Below are positions 9,663-23,549 of a DNA stretch of 64,000 bases, piece by piece. Position 1 is the first letter of the stretch. The number at the start of each line of letters is the position of its first letter. A program made the position numbers and the translations under genes. The notes beneath the pieces are model-generated. The model was not told the DNA's origin. It saw only the letters and a program-made list of their open reading frames with translations, and did no database searches. The stretch spans positions 1,984,001-2,048,000 of the forward strand of contig CBDBBI010000010.1 in NCBI GenBank assembly GCA_965202625.1, in the 5' to 3' direction. This stretch comes from a bacterium. GTDB taxonomy: Bacteria; UBA8248.

Positions 9663-12088
9663 GGAGAGCCGTTTCCGTTCTCCTCAATACGGGCGAGGGC
9701 GGCGACCCGGTCGCCCTCCTTGACGCCGATCAGGCGCACCCCCTGCGTGGCGCGGCCAATGACGGAAACGTCCTGGACGCGGGAACGAATGAGTTGTCCT
9801 CCGCTCGTTATAAGCATGAATTCGTCATCCTCCGTTACACGCCTGATGCCGACGACCGGCCCGTTCCTCTCCGTCACCCTGATGTTGATCACCCCCTTGT
9901 TGCCCCGATTCATGAGCCTGTAGTCGTTGACACGGCTGCGCTTGCCGTATCCGAACTCCGTGGCAGTGAGAATAATGTCTCCCGGCGAGACGACCTCCAT
10001 GCCCACCACGCAATCTCCCTCCGCCAGATGGATTCCGCGCACGCCTCGCGCGCTCCTGCCCATGGCGCGAACCCTACTCTCCGAAAAGCGGATGGCTTTG
10101 CCGTTTCTCGTTCCGATAAACACGTCAAGAGCGCCGTCCGTCTGGCCCACGCTAATGAGCTCGTCGCCCTCGTCAAGGTTGACCGCGATGATGCCGCCCG
10201 CCTTCGGGCGACTGAAGGCCATGAGTTGCGTTTTTTTGATCACGCCGTGCCGGGTCGCCATGATGACGTAACGATCGGGCTCGAACTTGCGAATCGGCAT
10301 GACGGCGGAGACAGTCTCTCCCGCCGTCAGCTGGAGCAGATTCACGATGGCCTTGCCGCGCGCCGCGCGGCCCGCCTGCGGAATCTCGTGGACTTTCAAC
10401 CAATGACAGCGGCCGCGCGAGGTAAAGAACATCATGTAGTCGTGCGTGGAGGCGATAAAGAGCTGCTCGACGAAATCCTCCTGTTTTGTCCCCATGCCCA
10501 TGACGCCCTTGCCGCCGCGGCGCTGGGAGCGATAAAGGCTGACGGCGTTTCGCTTGACGTATCCCGAATTAGATATGGTGACCGCCATATCCTCCTCGAC
10601 TATCATATCCTCAAGAGATATTTCGCTCGTCTCGTCCACGATCCGCGTCCTTCTCTCATCCACGAACCTCTCCTTCACTTCCAGTATCTCTTCCTTGATG
10701 ATGGCGGTCTGGAGTTTTTCGTCCACGAGCACCCTCTGGAGGTGTTCGATGATCTGCAAGAGTTCCTTATATTCGGCTTCTATCTTGTCCCTCTCGAGTC
10801 CCGTGAGACGCTGAAGCCTCATCTCCAGAATGGCCTGCGCCTGGGCCTGGGTGAGCCGAAACTCCCGCACGAGGCCCTGGCGCGCCTCATCGGGCGTCTT
10901 GCTTACCCGAATAAGTGCGATGACCTGATCGATGTTGTCCAGAGCAATTCGGTAGCCCTCGAGTATGTGCGCTCTGCTCTTGGCCTTCGCCAAGTCGAAG
11001 CGGCTACGCCTGAGGATCACCTCCCGGCGATAGCGAAGGAAATGAAAAAGCATCTCCTTGACGCCCATCACGCGCGGCTGGTTGTTCACGAGCGCGAGCA
11101 GGATGACGCCGAAAGTCGTCTGCATCTGGGTGTGCTTGTACATCTGATTCAGTACTGCGCCGCCAACAGCGTCTCTTTTTAGGTCGATGACGATGCGCAT
11201 TCCGTTCCTGTCACTTTCGTCCCTAATATCGGAAATTTCCTTAATTTTCTGATCGCGCACCAAGCCCGCGATCTTCTCGATCAGCCTCGCCTTGTTCAGC
11301 GCGTAGGGGATCTCCGTGACCACGATGGACTGGCGGTTGCTCCTCGCATTAATTTCCACGACCGCCTTGGCACGTATTCGCAACGAGCCGCGGCCCGTCT
11401 CGTAATAGCTCTTTATTCCGGCACGTCCATAGAGGACACCCGCGGTGGGAAAATCAGGCCCCGGCATCCTCTGGAGTATCTCCTCGGTCGTGGCATCCTC
11501 TTTCTCCAGAAGGTGAATGAGGGCGTCGCAAATCTCGCCGAGGTTATGGGGTGGAATGTTCGTGGCCATGCCGACGGCGATGCCGGTCGACCCGTTCAGC
11601 AGGAGATTGGGCACGCGAGAAGGGAGCACGGAGGGCTCCGTTCTGGTATTGTCGTAGTTGGGCGTGAAATCGACTGTTTCCTTTTCGATGTCAGCCAGCA
11701 TGTTCTCGGCGAGCTCCGTCATCCGCGCCTCGGTGTAGCGCATGGCCGCTGGCGGGTCGCCGTCCACGGAGCCGAAGTTTCCCTGTCCGTCTATCAACAT
11801 GCCACGCAAGGAGAAATCCTGCGCCATGCGCGCCAGTGCCGGATAGACCACCGCCTCTCCGTGCGGGTGATAGTTTCCGCTCACGTCGCCCGCTATTTTC
11901 GCGCACTTGCGAAACGGTCTGTTGTGTGCAAGCCCTAAATCGTTCAACGTGGTGAGAATGCGCCGCTGCACGGGCTTGAGACCGTCCCGAACATCGGGCA
12001 ATGCACGCGCGATGATGACGCTCATTGCGTAATCCATGAAAGACGCACTCATCTCCTGCTCTATGCTCACTTCTTGAAGGTCACTCAT
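9659..12088 (-). CDS. gyrA: DNA gyrase subunit A
   Basis: [28 protein letters not shown], GyrA box QRRGGKG, C-terminal beta-pinwheel repeats. Confidence 0.98.
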   Translation of the reverse strand: MSDLQEVSIEQEMSASFMDYAMSVIIARALPDVRDGLKPVQRRILTTLNDLGLAHNRPFRKCAKIAGDVSGNYHPHGEAVVYPALARMAQDFSLRGMLIDGQGNFGSVDGDPPAAMRYTEARMTELAENMLADIEKETVDFTPNYDNTRTEPSVLPSRVPNLLLNGSTGIAVGMATNIPPHNLGEICDALIHLLEKEDATTEEILQRMPGPDFPTAGVLYGRAGIKSYYETGRGSLRIRAKAVVEINARSNRQSIVVTEIPYALNKARLIEKIAGLVRDQKIKEISDIRDESDRNGMRIVIDLKRDAVGGAVLNQMYKHTQMQTTFGVILLALVNNQPRVMGVKEMLFHFLRYRREVILRRSRFDLAKAKSRAHILEGYRIALDNIDQVIALIRVSKTPDEARQGLVREFRLTQAQAQAILEMRLQRLTGLERDKIEAEYKELLQIIEHLQRVLVDEKLQTAIIKEEILEVKERFVDERRTRIVDETSEISLEDMIVEEDMAVTISNSGYVKRNAVSLYRSQRRGGKGVMGMGTKQEDFVEQLFIASTHDYMMFFTSRGRCHWLKVHEIPQAGRAARGKAIVNLLQLTAGETVSAVMPIRKFEPDRYVIMATRHGVIKKTQLMAFSRPKAGGIIAVNLDEGDELISVGQTDGALDVFIGTRNGKAIRFSESRVRAMGRSARGVRGIHLAEGDCVVGMEVVSPGDIILTATEFGYGKRSRVNDYRLMNRGNKGVINIRVTERNGPVVGIRRVTEDDEFMLITSGGQLIRSRVQDVSVIGRATQGVRLIGVKEGDRVAALARIEENGNGSP

Positions 12089-12333
12089 TTTCTCGAAACT
12101 CTCCTAATGGCGGCGTGAAACAACGGCCGCCACAACGTTCTCAACACGAGATAGGGGCGAGCTTGCGGGGGCAAATGAAAATATCATCCTTTATACCATG
12201 AAAATATCACTTACGATGATTTTTCGTGGCCGTGACCCTCCGCGCTTCACAAGGCTGGCGAGGTAGAGCTCACTTGGAGATAATAGGGACGTCCAAAAAA
12301 ACGCCCAGCGTCTTCTCATAATTGAGGAAGCTC

Positions 12334-12783
12334 ATGCGATTCGCTCCCGAGTCAGGCAGCCGCGTTCCTCCCGCCTTGGCGGTCGTTCTCCTCCTGTGCT
12401 TCTCCGTCTTTCCGTTGGGCGGCAAGGCCCACGCTCCCGAAGTCCATACGGCCGAAGTGGGAGATTTGATGGTGCGGATGGACGCCGACTTCGCCCCCTT
12501 GGTAAAAACCGTGTTGATCGATTCGGTTCAAAATCTCGTGAGTGAAACGCCATACGAAACCATCCGAAAGCGCGCAGAGACCATTACCGCGACAGCAAGA
12601 ATCCTACCAAACGCGGAGAGATTTCAGGGAGATGGCACGATGCTCGCCTTCTCTCGCCAGATAGAGAGTACCGCTTTAGAACTCGCCAAAGCAGCGGAAA
12701 CAAAAAATGTAGAAGCGATCACGAGAGCACTTTTCCATCTACACGCCGCATGCGTGCGCTGCCATCAGGAATCGCGCTTCTAA
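12334..12783 (+). CDS. Class II (c'-like) cytochrome c
   Basis: Signal peptide, helical body, C-terminal haem motif CVRCH. Confidence 0.75.
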   Translation: MRFAPESGSRVPPALAVVLLLCFSVFPLGGKAHAPEVHTAEVGDLMVRMDADFAPLVKTVLIDSVQNLVSETPYETIRKRAETITATARILPNAERFQGDGTMLAFSRQIESTALELAKAAETKNVEAITRALFHLHAACVRCHQESRF

Positions 12784-12820
12784 GAGAACGCAGGAGGCGC
12801 GCACATTCGCCGAAAGTGAG

Positions 12821-16461
<3,641 letters not shown>

Positions 16462-16469
16462 GGGGTATC

Positions 16470-16690
16470 CTCAGTCCTTAAGCTCTTTTATAAATTTAGT
16501 ATACTAATTTAAGTAATGGTAGTAGGGGTTGTGGAATTGTGAAGAACCTCCCAAGGCATTGAAAAAAAATTCTTTTTTAAGATAAAGATTGTGGATTTTT
16601 GTGTGGGCGCGCGCGTTTTTCTGGTTGTTTTCTCGTGAGGCGTGACGCGGCTGAAGATTTTAACACGGTTATCCACAAACCTTTCCTGCT
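16470..16690. other. oriC: Replication origin oriC (unwinding region)
   Basis: Minus strand reads TTCTTCACAATTCCACA-ACCCC-TACTACCATTAC followed by AT-rich sequence: tandem DnaA boxes, GC tract, DnaA-trios, DUE. Perfect box TTATCCACA at 16669-16677. The + strand visibly switches from C-rich to G-rich across this region. Confidence 0.88.
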
Positions 16691-16694
16691 TGTT

Positions 16695-18020
16695 TTAAGA
16701 AATATCTATCTTCTGTTGGATGGTTTGAATCGTGGCGGAGAGGGAGTGATCCTTCTTGAGCATGTCCTGGATTTTGTTAGCGGAGTGAATCACCGTGGAG
16801 TGATCCTTTCCCCCGAAGCGTCGCCCAATTTCTGTGGTCGAGGCGCGCGTGAGTTTTCTTGCGAGGAACATGGCGATCTGCCGGGGGACGGTGAACGAGC
16901 GCGAGCGGTTTTTTGATTTAAGTTCGGCCATTCGTATTCCGAAATGCTCGGCGACGATTCTTTGGATGTTGTCCACTGAGGAATTGCGCGCTGGATCCCG
17001 AATCATGCCCTGCAGTACCTCTTGCGCCACGGGCAGGTCAATCTCGATATTGCGCAGGGAGGCGTGGAAGTTGAGTTTTATGAGGCATCCCTCAAGCTCC
17101 CTAATGTTGGAGCGTACATGCTCCGCGATATAATGTGCGACCTCTCTGGATAAAGGGAGCCCCTGCTCGTTCGCCTTTTTTTGGAGAATAGCCACCTTGG
17201 TTTCAAAGTCCGGCGTGCCAATATCCGCCATCATTCCCCATACGAAGCGAGCCCGAAGGCGCTCCTCCAGTCTTTGTGTGTCTTTTGGCATTTTGTCGCT
17301 CGTGATGATAATCTGTTTTCTGCCCTCATAAAGGGTGTTAAAGGTGAAGAAGAACTCCTCCTGCGTGCGCTCCTTTCCCGCGATGAACTGAATGTCGTCT
17401 ACCATCAGGGTGTCCACTTTTCTGTATTTGCTTCTGAATGCAGCCATCTGGTTTCGTTTGATCGAGGTGATGAGGTCGTTGATGAAATTCTCAGCTGAGG
17501 TGTAGAAGATGCGCGCAGTGGGACGTTGTTCAAGAATGCGGTGTGCGATGGCGTGCAGGAGATGGGTTTTTCCGAGCCCCACGCCACCGTAGATGAAAAG
17601 CGGATTGAGCGTGACCCCCATTCCGTCAGCGACCCGAAGGCTGCACGCGTGTGCGAATTCGTTCGAGCTGCCCACAACGAAGTTATCGAAGTGATATTTG
17701 GGATTCAGAAAATCCGGACGCGCAGGCTCACTCGGGAGGTTCTTTGGCACCTCCTTCGCTGCGTTCGCCGCCACGTTTGGCATTGCGTTCGCCGCGAGGG
17801 CTATGGTGGCGTCCGGTCCAGCCTCTTGCTCGAGAATGTCGGTCAGTATTCCCCAATATCGGGATCGCAAGGTGTTCGCTGTGAACGGGTCAGGCGCTTG
17901 GAGTGTCAAGGAGGATTCGCTCGCGCTAATCTCTTTTATGCCGGCGAACCAGCGGTCAAACGTTTGAGGAGAGACCTCCTCCTGAATTTTCTCCTTACAA
18001 CGCATCCATAGCTTCGTCAT
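16695..18020 (-). CDS. dnaA: Chromosomal replication initiator DnaA
   Basis: LNPKYHFDNFVVG, YGGVGLGKTHL, DDIQF, SNIRELEG, GGKDHSTV. Confidence 0.98.
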   Translation of the reverse strand: MTKLWMRCKEKIQEEVSPQTFDRWFAGIKEISASESSLTLQAPDPFTANTLRSRYWGILTDILEQEAGPDATIALAANAMPNVAANAAKEVPKNLPSEPARPDFLNPKYHFDNFVVGSSNEFAHACSLRVADGMGVTLNPLFIYGGVGLGKTHLLHAIAHRILEQRPTARIFYTSAENFINDLITSIKRNQMAAFRSKYRKVDTLMVDDIQFIAGKERTQEEFFFTFNTLYEGRKQIIITSDKMPKDTQRLEERLRARFVWGMMADIGTPDFETKVAILQKKANEQGLPLSREVAHYIAEHVRSNIRELEGCLIKLNFHASLRNIEIDLPVAQEVLQGMIRDPARNSSVDNIQRIVAEHFGIRMAELKSKNRSRSFTVPRQIAMFLARKLTRASTTEIGRRFGGKDHSTVIHSANKIQDMLKKDHSLSATIQTIQQKIDIS

Positions 18021-18079
18021 GGAGCGACTCGATGGGTGATAACGTCGCATGGGCATTTTGGTTTGAGCATGAGCGGATT

Positions 18080-18161
18080 TTATCCACAGGGATGAGAGAT
18101 AAAATGAATTTAATTATGGATTTTTCCACAAAACGCCCACCGAGAGCAAGCGTTTTCCACA
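18080..18161. promoter_or_regulatory. DnaA-box cluster upstream of dnaA
   Basis: TTATCCACA at 18080-18088; TTTTCCACA at 18122-18130 and 18153-18161. Confidence 0.75.
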
Positions 18162-18301
18162 AAAAGAAGAGGCTTTATGAAACTTTCGTTAGTTTATAAA
18201 CAAAAAGTGCTTTTTCTGTGAAACCATAACGGGAAATCAGCGGGGAGCGTCGCTCCGTCCATGAGAAACAAGCGAATACGCGCGCGGCTTTATCGGGGTT
18301 C

Positions 18302-18330
18302 TTGACAACGGGAGTTTTAGCGACTACCTT
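18302..18330 (+). promoter_or_regulatory. Sigma70-type promoter of the rpmH operon
   Basis: TTGACA-17 nt-TACCTT. Confidence 0.6.
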
Positions 18331-18391
18331 GCGTTCAGCGAGTTGGAGAGGCATTTTTTGCCCCGTAGCGGGGATGATGTGGAGCGTATCA

Positions 18392-18532
18392 GTGAAACGG
18401 ACGTATCAACCGAACAGAAGAAAGCGGGCGAAGACGCACGGGTTTCGCCGTCGGATGAAGACGACCGGAGGCCGCGCGATCATCAAGCGGCGTCGGGCGA
18501 AGGGCCGCAAGCGTCTCGCCGCCACTCCCTAG
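18392..18532 (+). CDS. rpmH: 50S ribosomal protein L34
   Basis: (M)[21 protein letters not shown]...[10 protein letters not shown]; GTG start. Confidence 0.97.
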   Translation: MKRTYQPNRRKRAKTHGFRRRMKTTGGRAIIKRRRAKGRKRLAATP

Positions 18533-18583
18533 GCAGGCGTCTCGCCGGTCACGGTCCTCCAGATAAGAGTGAGGGGTCCGAAT

Positions 18584-18919
18584 ATGGGTGAGGACTTTCC
18601 GACAGAGCGCCGTATTTGCAAGGGACGTGAGTTCGCCATCGTCCTCAAGAAAGGGCGCAAGAGCAGGTGTCCGCATTTCACGCTCCACGTTTTGTTCACG
18701 CTTTCAGAAAACCGCGCGCGGCTCGGCGTCGTTGCGTCGCGTCGCGTAGGGGGTTCTGTTGTGAGGAATCGCGCCAAGCGGCTTCTTCGGGAGGCGTTCC
18801 GCCGTCATCGTCCCTGTTTTCCAAAAGGGGCAGATCTCGTGGCCGTTGCGCGGCGCTCGATCTCCAAGGCGAGGCTAGAAGATGTTGAAAGGGCGTTTCG
18901 CTACGCTTTCAGTGAATAA
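18584..18919 (+). CDS. rnpA: Ribonuclease P protein component
   Basis: RLGVVASRRVGGSVVRNRAKRLLRE; synteny with rpmH. Confidence 0.95.
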   Translation: MGEDFPTERRICKGREFAIVLKKGRKSRCPHFTLHVLFTLSENRARLGVVASRRVGGSVVRNRAKRLLREAFRRHRPCFPKGADLVAVARRSISKARLEDVERAFRYAFSE

Positions 18920-18971
18920 ATCGCGTCATAGAAATAGAAAAGGAGCTGGCCCCGTCTCTCGGACGGCAAGC

Positions 18972-19175
18972 ATGATGGCGACGACCCTGGTTCGGGGATA
19001 TCAGCTCGTCCTGTCTCCCGTGATGCCGGGCAACTGTCGCTTCTCGCCCTCTTGCTCTCATTACGCGCTTGAAGCGTTTCGCCGCCACGCGCCCATGTGG
19101 GCTTTATGGCTCACCGTCCGCCGGATAGGACGTTGCCATCCATTTCATCCAGGGGGAGACGACCCGGTTCCCTGA
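18972..19175 (+). CDS. yidD: Membrane protein insertion efficiency factor
   Basis: YQLVLSP...CRFSPSCSHY...RIGRCHPFHPGGDDPVP. The start could instead be GTG at 18912. Confidence 0.93.
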   Translation: MMATTLVRGYQLVLSPVMPGNCRFSPSCSHYALEAFRRHAPMWALWLTVRRIGRCHPFHPGGDDPVP

Positions 19176-19198
19176 ATATCCGGCAGAGGCGCTTTCTG

Positions 19199-20830
19199 AT
19201 GGAAAAAAACGCGATTCTCGCCGCCGTTTTGTCGATGGCGATACTGATTGGCTGGCAATATCTCGTCGTGAAGCCGATGGAGGACGAGCAGGTCCAGAAG
19301 CAGAAAGACGATAAAGCGCGAGAGGCCGCGCGCGGCGTAGGGCGGACGAGCACTCCTCTACGTGCGCCGGCGGCCGGGCCCTCCTCAGCGCCTGCTGTCT
19401 CTACGTCCACCGCTTTCGCGCCCCACAGGCGCATTCGAGTGGACATGGGCGAAGCGGTGTATGAATTAACGAATCGGGGGGCGGGTTTTTTGTCCGCGCG
19501 CCTTCTGAAATACAAACAGGGAGAGAAGAACTTCGTCGAGCTCGTGCCTGCAAGTCGCCCGGACGTGCGCCCCCTCTTTTTCTGGGGCGGGCAAACGGCA
19601 CAGCGGCTGAACGAGGCGGTCTATCAGGTAGAAGGGGGGGATATGTCTCTTTCCCGGACAAACCCCGAGGGGACGGTTCGGTTCCTCTATCGAGGCGCGG
19701 ACGGCCTCCTGGCGGAGAAGACGCTCGCCTTTCGCTACAAAGACTTCAACGTTCGGACGAGAATTCGCATCGTCCGGCCTTCCGGGGCCATAAACGAAAC
19801 CATTGGAGTCGTCTGGGGCCCACGCGTGGGTGGAAGCGACGGCAACACCTATGGCGGCGTCATTGAAGGGCCGATGAGCTTCGTGGAAGGGAAGCTTGAA
19901 TACGACTATCCTGAGGAGGGAAAAGCCGTAACCCACGGAGCGAGTCTTAGCTGGACCGCGCTTCAGTCGAAGCACTTCATCGCGGCGCTCGTCCCTCGAA
20001 GCGGTGCGGGCGGCGCGGAGGTTCGTCTGCTCGGCAAAACGGGCGACCTCAGCGAATACGCCGCCATCGTTCCCCTCTCTAGGGGAGAAGACGTCGAAGC
20101 CACGTTCGACGTCTATGTGGGGCCGAAGTCGGTGGAGCACCTCGAGAGGCTCAAGGTTAGCCTGGAGGATTCTCTCGACTATGGAATGTTCTCCTTCATT
20201 GCCAAGCCGCTCATGTCGGTTCTGCGCGCTTTTCACGCCGTTTCGGGCAACTGGGGCGTGGCCATCATCCTGCTTACCATTCTGGTGAAAATTATTTTCT
20301 ATCCCCTCACCCACGTCAGCATGCGCAACATGAAAGAGATGCAGAAGCTCCAGCCCCGCGTCGCGCAGCTGCGCGAGATTTACAAGGACGACAAGGCTAA
20401 ACTGAACGAGCTGACCATGGGCCTATACAAGGAGCATAAGGTGAACCCGATGATGGGTTGCCTGCCCATGATTATACAGATACCTGTCTTCTTTGGGTTG
20501 TATGAGGCACTTCTCGTGTCGATAGAGCTGCGCAATGCGCCCTTTTTCGGCTGGGTGACGGACCTTTCGGTGCAGGACCCTTATCACGTGTATACGATAC
20601 TCATGGGCGCGTCGATGTTCTTGCAGCAGAAGATGACGCCCGTCGCTGGCGATCCCACCCAGGCGAAAATGATGATGTTTATGCCCCTCATCTTCACGGG
20701 CATGTTTATATTCTACCCCGTTCCCGTGGGGCTGGTGATCTACTGGCTGGTGAACAATCTGCTCTCCATCGCCCAGCAGTTTTACGTGAACCGCTCGGTG
20801 CAGCCCCCGAAGCTGGCCGAGGAGAATTGA
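19199..20830 (+). CDS. yidC: Membrane protein insertase YidC
   Basis: YVGPK, NWGVAIILLT, GCLPMIIQIPVF, GLVIYW. Confidence 0.97.
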   Translation: MEKNAILAAVLSMAILIGWQYLVVKPMEDEQVQKQKDDKAREAARGVGRTSTPLRAPAAGPSSAPAVSTSTAFAPHRRIRVDMGEAVYELTNRGAGFLSARLLKYKQGEKNFVELVPASRPDVRPLFFWGGQTAQRLNEAVYQVEGGDMSLSRTNPEGTVRFLYRGADGLLAEKTLAFRYKDFNVRTRIRIVRPSGAINETIGVVWGPRVGGSDGNTYGGVIEGPMSFVEGKLEYDYPEEGKAVTHGASLSWTALQSKHFIAALVPRSGAGGAEVRLLGKTGDLSEYAAIVPLSRGEDVEATFDVYVGPKSVEHLERLKVSLEDSLDYGMFSFIAKPLMSVLRAFHAVSGNWGVAIILLTILVKIIFYPLTHVSMRNMKEMQKLQPRVAQLREIYKDDKAKLNELTMGLYKEHKVNPMMGCLPMIIQIPVFFGLYEALLVSIELRNAPFFGWVTDLSVQDPYHVYTILMGASMFLQQKMTPVAGDPTQAKMMMFMPLIFTGMFIFYPVPVGLVIYWLVNNLLSIAQQFYVNRSVQPPKLAEEN

Positions 20831-20900
20831 TGGACGTGTATAAGAGCAACTGCTGAAAACTGAGTAAGCCCTCCGGGGAGGTTGTGGAGACAAGGGAGAC
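20830..20900 (+). pseudogene. Possible N-terminal remnant of jag/eloR
   Basis: ATG overlaps the yidC stop, the usual position of jag. Frameshifted fragments MDV / IRATAEN / E*ALRG resemble the Jag N-terminus. Very short. Confidence 0.3.
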
Positions 20901-20906
20901 AAAAAG

Positions 20907-21998
20907 ATGAATCTTGGTGGCTATAGATGGATGGACGGCGGGCCGGAAATTCCGGGGGGTCGTTTCTTCTCTCCAGGCGAGAACCCCGACCTGACGCCTT
21001 TTGTGGAGATGTCCGGCCGCGCACTCAGGCGCGTCATTGAGCGGGTGGACCTCGACGTCCTTGCCTTAGCACTTCGGGATGCGGAGGCGCGGGTGGTGAA
21101 GCGGGTGCTTGGAAACGTCTCGTCGAAGAGTGCGGCGCGGATTCGGGAGGAAATCGAGCGAGCGGAGGCTGAAGAAGACGCCCCTGGCGTTGAGGCGCGC
21201 CAGTTCTTGATGGAGACCGCCTATGTCATGAAAAATCATGGCGACATCACCTTTGATGGTCCGGCGGATGACTCCATTCCTCCTATGGATCGCGCATTAG
21301 AGGAGGAGCTCGCTACGTTTCACTCCTCAGGGAGCGCTGCCGAACAAGCGGTTTCGCTGGCCGTTGCCCTCGCCGCCCGCGCTGAGCAGCAAGGCCTCCT
21401 CTCCTTGGAGCCCGCCCTCGAGAGGATTCCGGACGGAATTTTTTCAACCGGTCTGAAAATGTTGGTGGATCAAACCCCCTGGGATGAGGCAGAAATTATT
21501 CTCACGCGCCAAATCGAATCCTCTCTCGGTGCGATGGAGCGAAATAAGGAAATCGCCATAGAGGGCGCGCTGGCGATATTGGAAGGCGTGAGCAAGGAAC
21601 GCGCACTGGCACGTCTCGTCGCCTTTTTGCCGGAGGGCGAAGCGGATTGCGAACGACTGCCTGGCGTTCGGTTTCCCCCCTCTGTCCAGGCGACGGTCGA
21701 CGTCATTGCCTTTTGTGTGGAGCTTGCGGACCTTGCCCACCGAGAGGGAAGTGGCGCGATTGCGGATCGTCTCGAGGGAATTGAGGAATCCCTCCTCAAA
21801 ACGGGGCTGAAATGGGCGCTTGACGGTGCCCCGACAGACGCCGTGGAAAGACTCTTGGGCCGAAGGGGACAAACGCGCCTCGACAGGGAGCGGCGCAAGC
21901 TCGAGTGCGTGGCGGAGGGCTTCGCCCTCATCAGGGAGGGGCACCCAGAGAGCTTCGTGCGCGAGGCGCTCGCCGGTTATCTTGAGGATGAGGTTTGA
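20907..21998 (+). CDS. Soluble fusion of a FliG C-terminal domain and two MotA cytoplasmic repeats
   Basis: FliG-C: ALRRVIERVDLDVLALALRD...VLGNVSSKSAARIREEIE. MotA-like, twice: AEQQGLLSLE...GLKMLVD...KEIAIEGALAILEG and AHREG...LLKTGLKWALDG...KLECVAEGFALIREGHP. No transmembrane helix. Confidence 0.75.
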   Translation: MNLGGYRWMDGGPEIPGGRFFSPGENPDLTPFVEMSGRALRRVIERVDLDVLALALRDAEARVVKRVLGNVSSKSAARIREEIERAEAEEDAPGVEARQFLMETAYVMKNHGDITFDGPADDSIPPMDRALEEELATFHSSGSAAEQAVSLAVALAARAEQQGLLSLEPALERIPDGIFSTGLKMLVDQTPWDEAEIILTRQIESSLGAMERNKEIAIEGALAILEGVSKERALARLVAFLPEGEADCERLPGVRFPPSVQATVDVIAFCVELADLAHREGSGAIADRLEGIEESLLKTGLKWALDGAPTDAVERLLGRRGQTRLDRERRKLECVAEGFALIREGHPESFVREALAGYLEDEV

Positions 21999-22591
21999 GC
22001 GAAACGCGCGAGCGTGAGGAGTGGACATTTCCCGTTCGCCTGCGCCGCCTTCTGCTCACCCCCCAAAGACGTCGAATCATGCCGCCTGCAAAGACGCTGC
22101 GTGGTTTAGGGCTTCGCCGCGGCATGCGTTTTCTAGACGTGGGATGTGGCCCCGGCTATTTCGCGATTCCCGCCTGTGGCGTGGTGGGAAAATATGGGCG
22201 CGTGCTCGCTTGTGACGTCTCGCCTGTGATGCTGAAGGAAGTTCGGACGGGGGCGAGCGAGCGCGGCTACGCTCACCTGACCGCGCGGCGATGCGAAAAC
22301 TTCGCTGTTCCCTTTCCGGATGAGATTGCTGATTTCGCCCTTCTCGCGTTCGTCGTCCATGGAATGGCCGACCCCCAGGCCTTACTCAGGGAGTCGCGCC
22401 GCGCGATGCAAAAGCGGGGCGCGATCGTCCTGATCGAGTGGCACAAGAAGCAAATGGAGGTGGGGCCACCCTTTCGCTCTCGGTTTCGGCCGGAGGCGCT
22501 CACCGGTGAGTTGCGCAAGGCGGGTTTTTTGAACGCGCGATGGTGGAATTTTGACGGTAACACCTATTTTGCGTCTGCGCACGCTCCATGA
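21995..22591 (+). CDS. Class I SAM-dependent methyltransferase
   Basis: FLDVGCGPG, CDVSPVML, IVLIEW...GPP. Confidence 0.88.
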   Translation: MSETREREEWTFPVRLRRLLLTPQRRRIMPPAKTLRGLGLRRGMRFLDVGCGPGYFAIPACGVVGKYGRVLACDVSPVMLKEVRTGASERGYAHLTARRCENFAVPFPDEIADFALLAFVVHGMADPQALLRESRRAMQKRGAIVLIEWHKKQMEVGPPFRSRFRPEALTGELRKAGFLNARWWNFDGNTYFASAHAP

Positions 22592-22775
22592 CGCGGTGGG
22601 GAGACCGCCTCTGTGCAAGGTAGCGGATGATTGGATGGCGTCGTTGGGGCGTCTGTTCGTCCTTTTTGCGCCCAGAATTGCTCGCTCAGGATGGCGGCCT
22701 GGAGAGCGCATCCTGCGGCTGGCTCTGGCACCGCACGCTAGGTGATAGTTTCGCGCGAGCGAGGGAGTGCTAGGA

Positions 22776-23537
22776 ATGAGAGGCAGATCCTCGATTCAAG
22801 GACATGTGGCGGTCGTTACGGCGGGAGCGGCGGGAATTGGCGCGGGCGTCGTGGAGCGTCTCGCGCAAGAGGGCGCGCGTGTCGCCTTGCTGGACGTGGA
22901 CGAGAATCTGGGCGAGGCGACCGCGCGGCGCGTGCGCGAAGGAGGGGCGGAGGCACGCTTCTTCAGGGCGGACGCCACGTGGGCGAATGCGATCAAGGTG
23001 GTGATGGGAGAGGCGCTCCTCGCGTGGGGCCGTCTCGACGTTCTGGTCAACTGCGTGGGCGGCTTCGTGGAGAATCCCCGTCTTGAGGATTTGGATGAGG
23101 CGCACTGGCGCCAGATTGTCGATCTGAATCTGAAAAGCGCCTATCTGTGTGCGCGTGAAGCGGCGCCTATCATGAAAAAGGCGCGCTACGGGCGTATAGT
23201 GAACGTCTCCTCCCTGTCGGGCCGAGACGGCATTCTGGAGACGGGCCTCGCCTACAGCGCGGCCAAGGCCGGTCTGTTCGGCCTTTGCAGGCGCCTGGCG
23301 GTGGAGCTCGCGCCTCACGGCGTCACGGTGAACACGGTGGCGCCCAGCGTCGTCCTCTCCCCTCGAGTGGCCGCCCTGCACAGGGAGAGGCTGCCCGAAA
23401 TCATCTCGAAAATCCCGTTGGGCCGCGTGGCGGAGGCCGCGGATATCGCCGACGTCGTGTGGTATCTCGCCAGACCGGAGGCGAGGTACGTGACGGGTGT
23501 GACGCTCGATGTTAACGGCGGCAGGTACGCCCACTAG
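22776..23537 (+). CDS. Short-chain dehydrogenase/reductase
   Basis: TAGAAGIG, NVSS, YSAAK, LDVNGG. Confidence 0.92.
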   Translation: MRGRSSIQGHVAVVTAGAAGIGAGVVERLAQEGARVALLDVDENLGEATARRVREGGAEARFFRADATWANAIKVVMGEALLAWGRLDVLVNCVGGFVENPRLEDLDEAHWRQIVDLNLKSAYLCAREAAPIMKKARYGRIVNVSSLSGRDGILETGLAYSAAKAGLFGLCRRLAVELAPHGVTVNTVAPSVVLSPRVAALHRERLPEIISKIPLGRVAEAADIADVVWYLARPEARYVTGVTLDVNGGRYAH

Positions 23538-23549
23538 AGGGGCTTTCCC

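Noticed and set aside
20830-20925. Possible tiny C-U selenopeptide (MDVYKSNC-TGA...) with a weak downstream hairpin
   Set aside because: No recognisable protein context, the loop lacks the AG signature, and a jag remnant is the simpler explanation.
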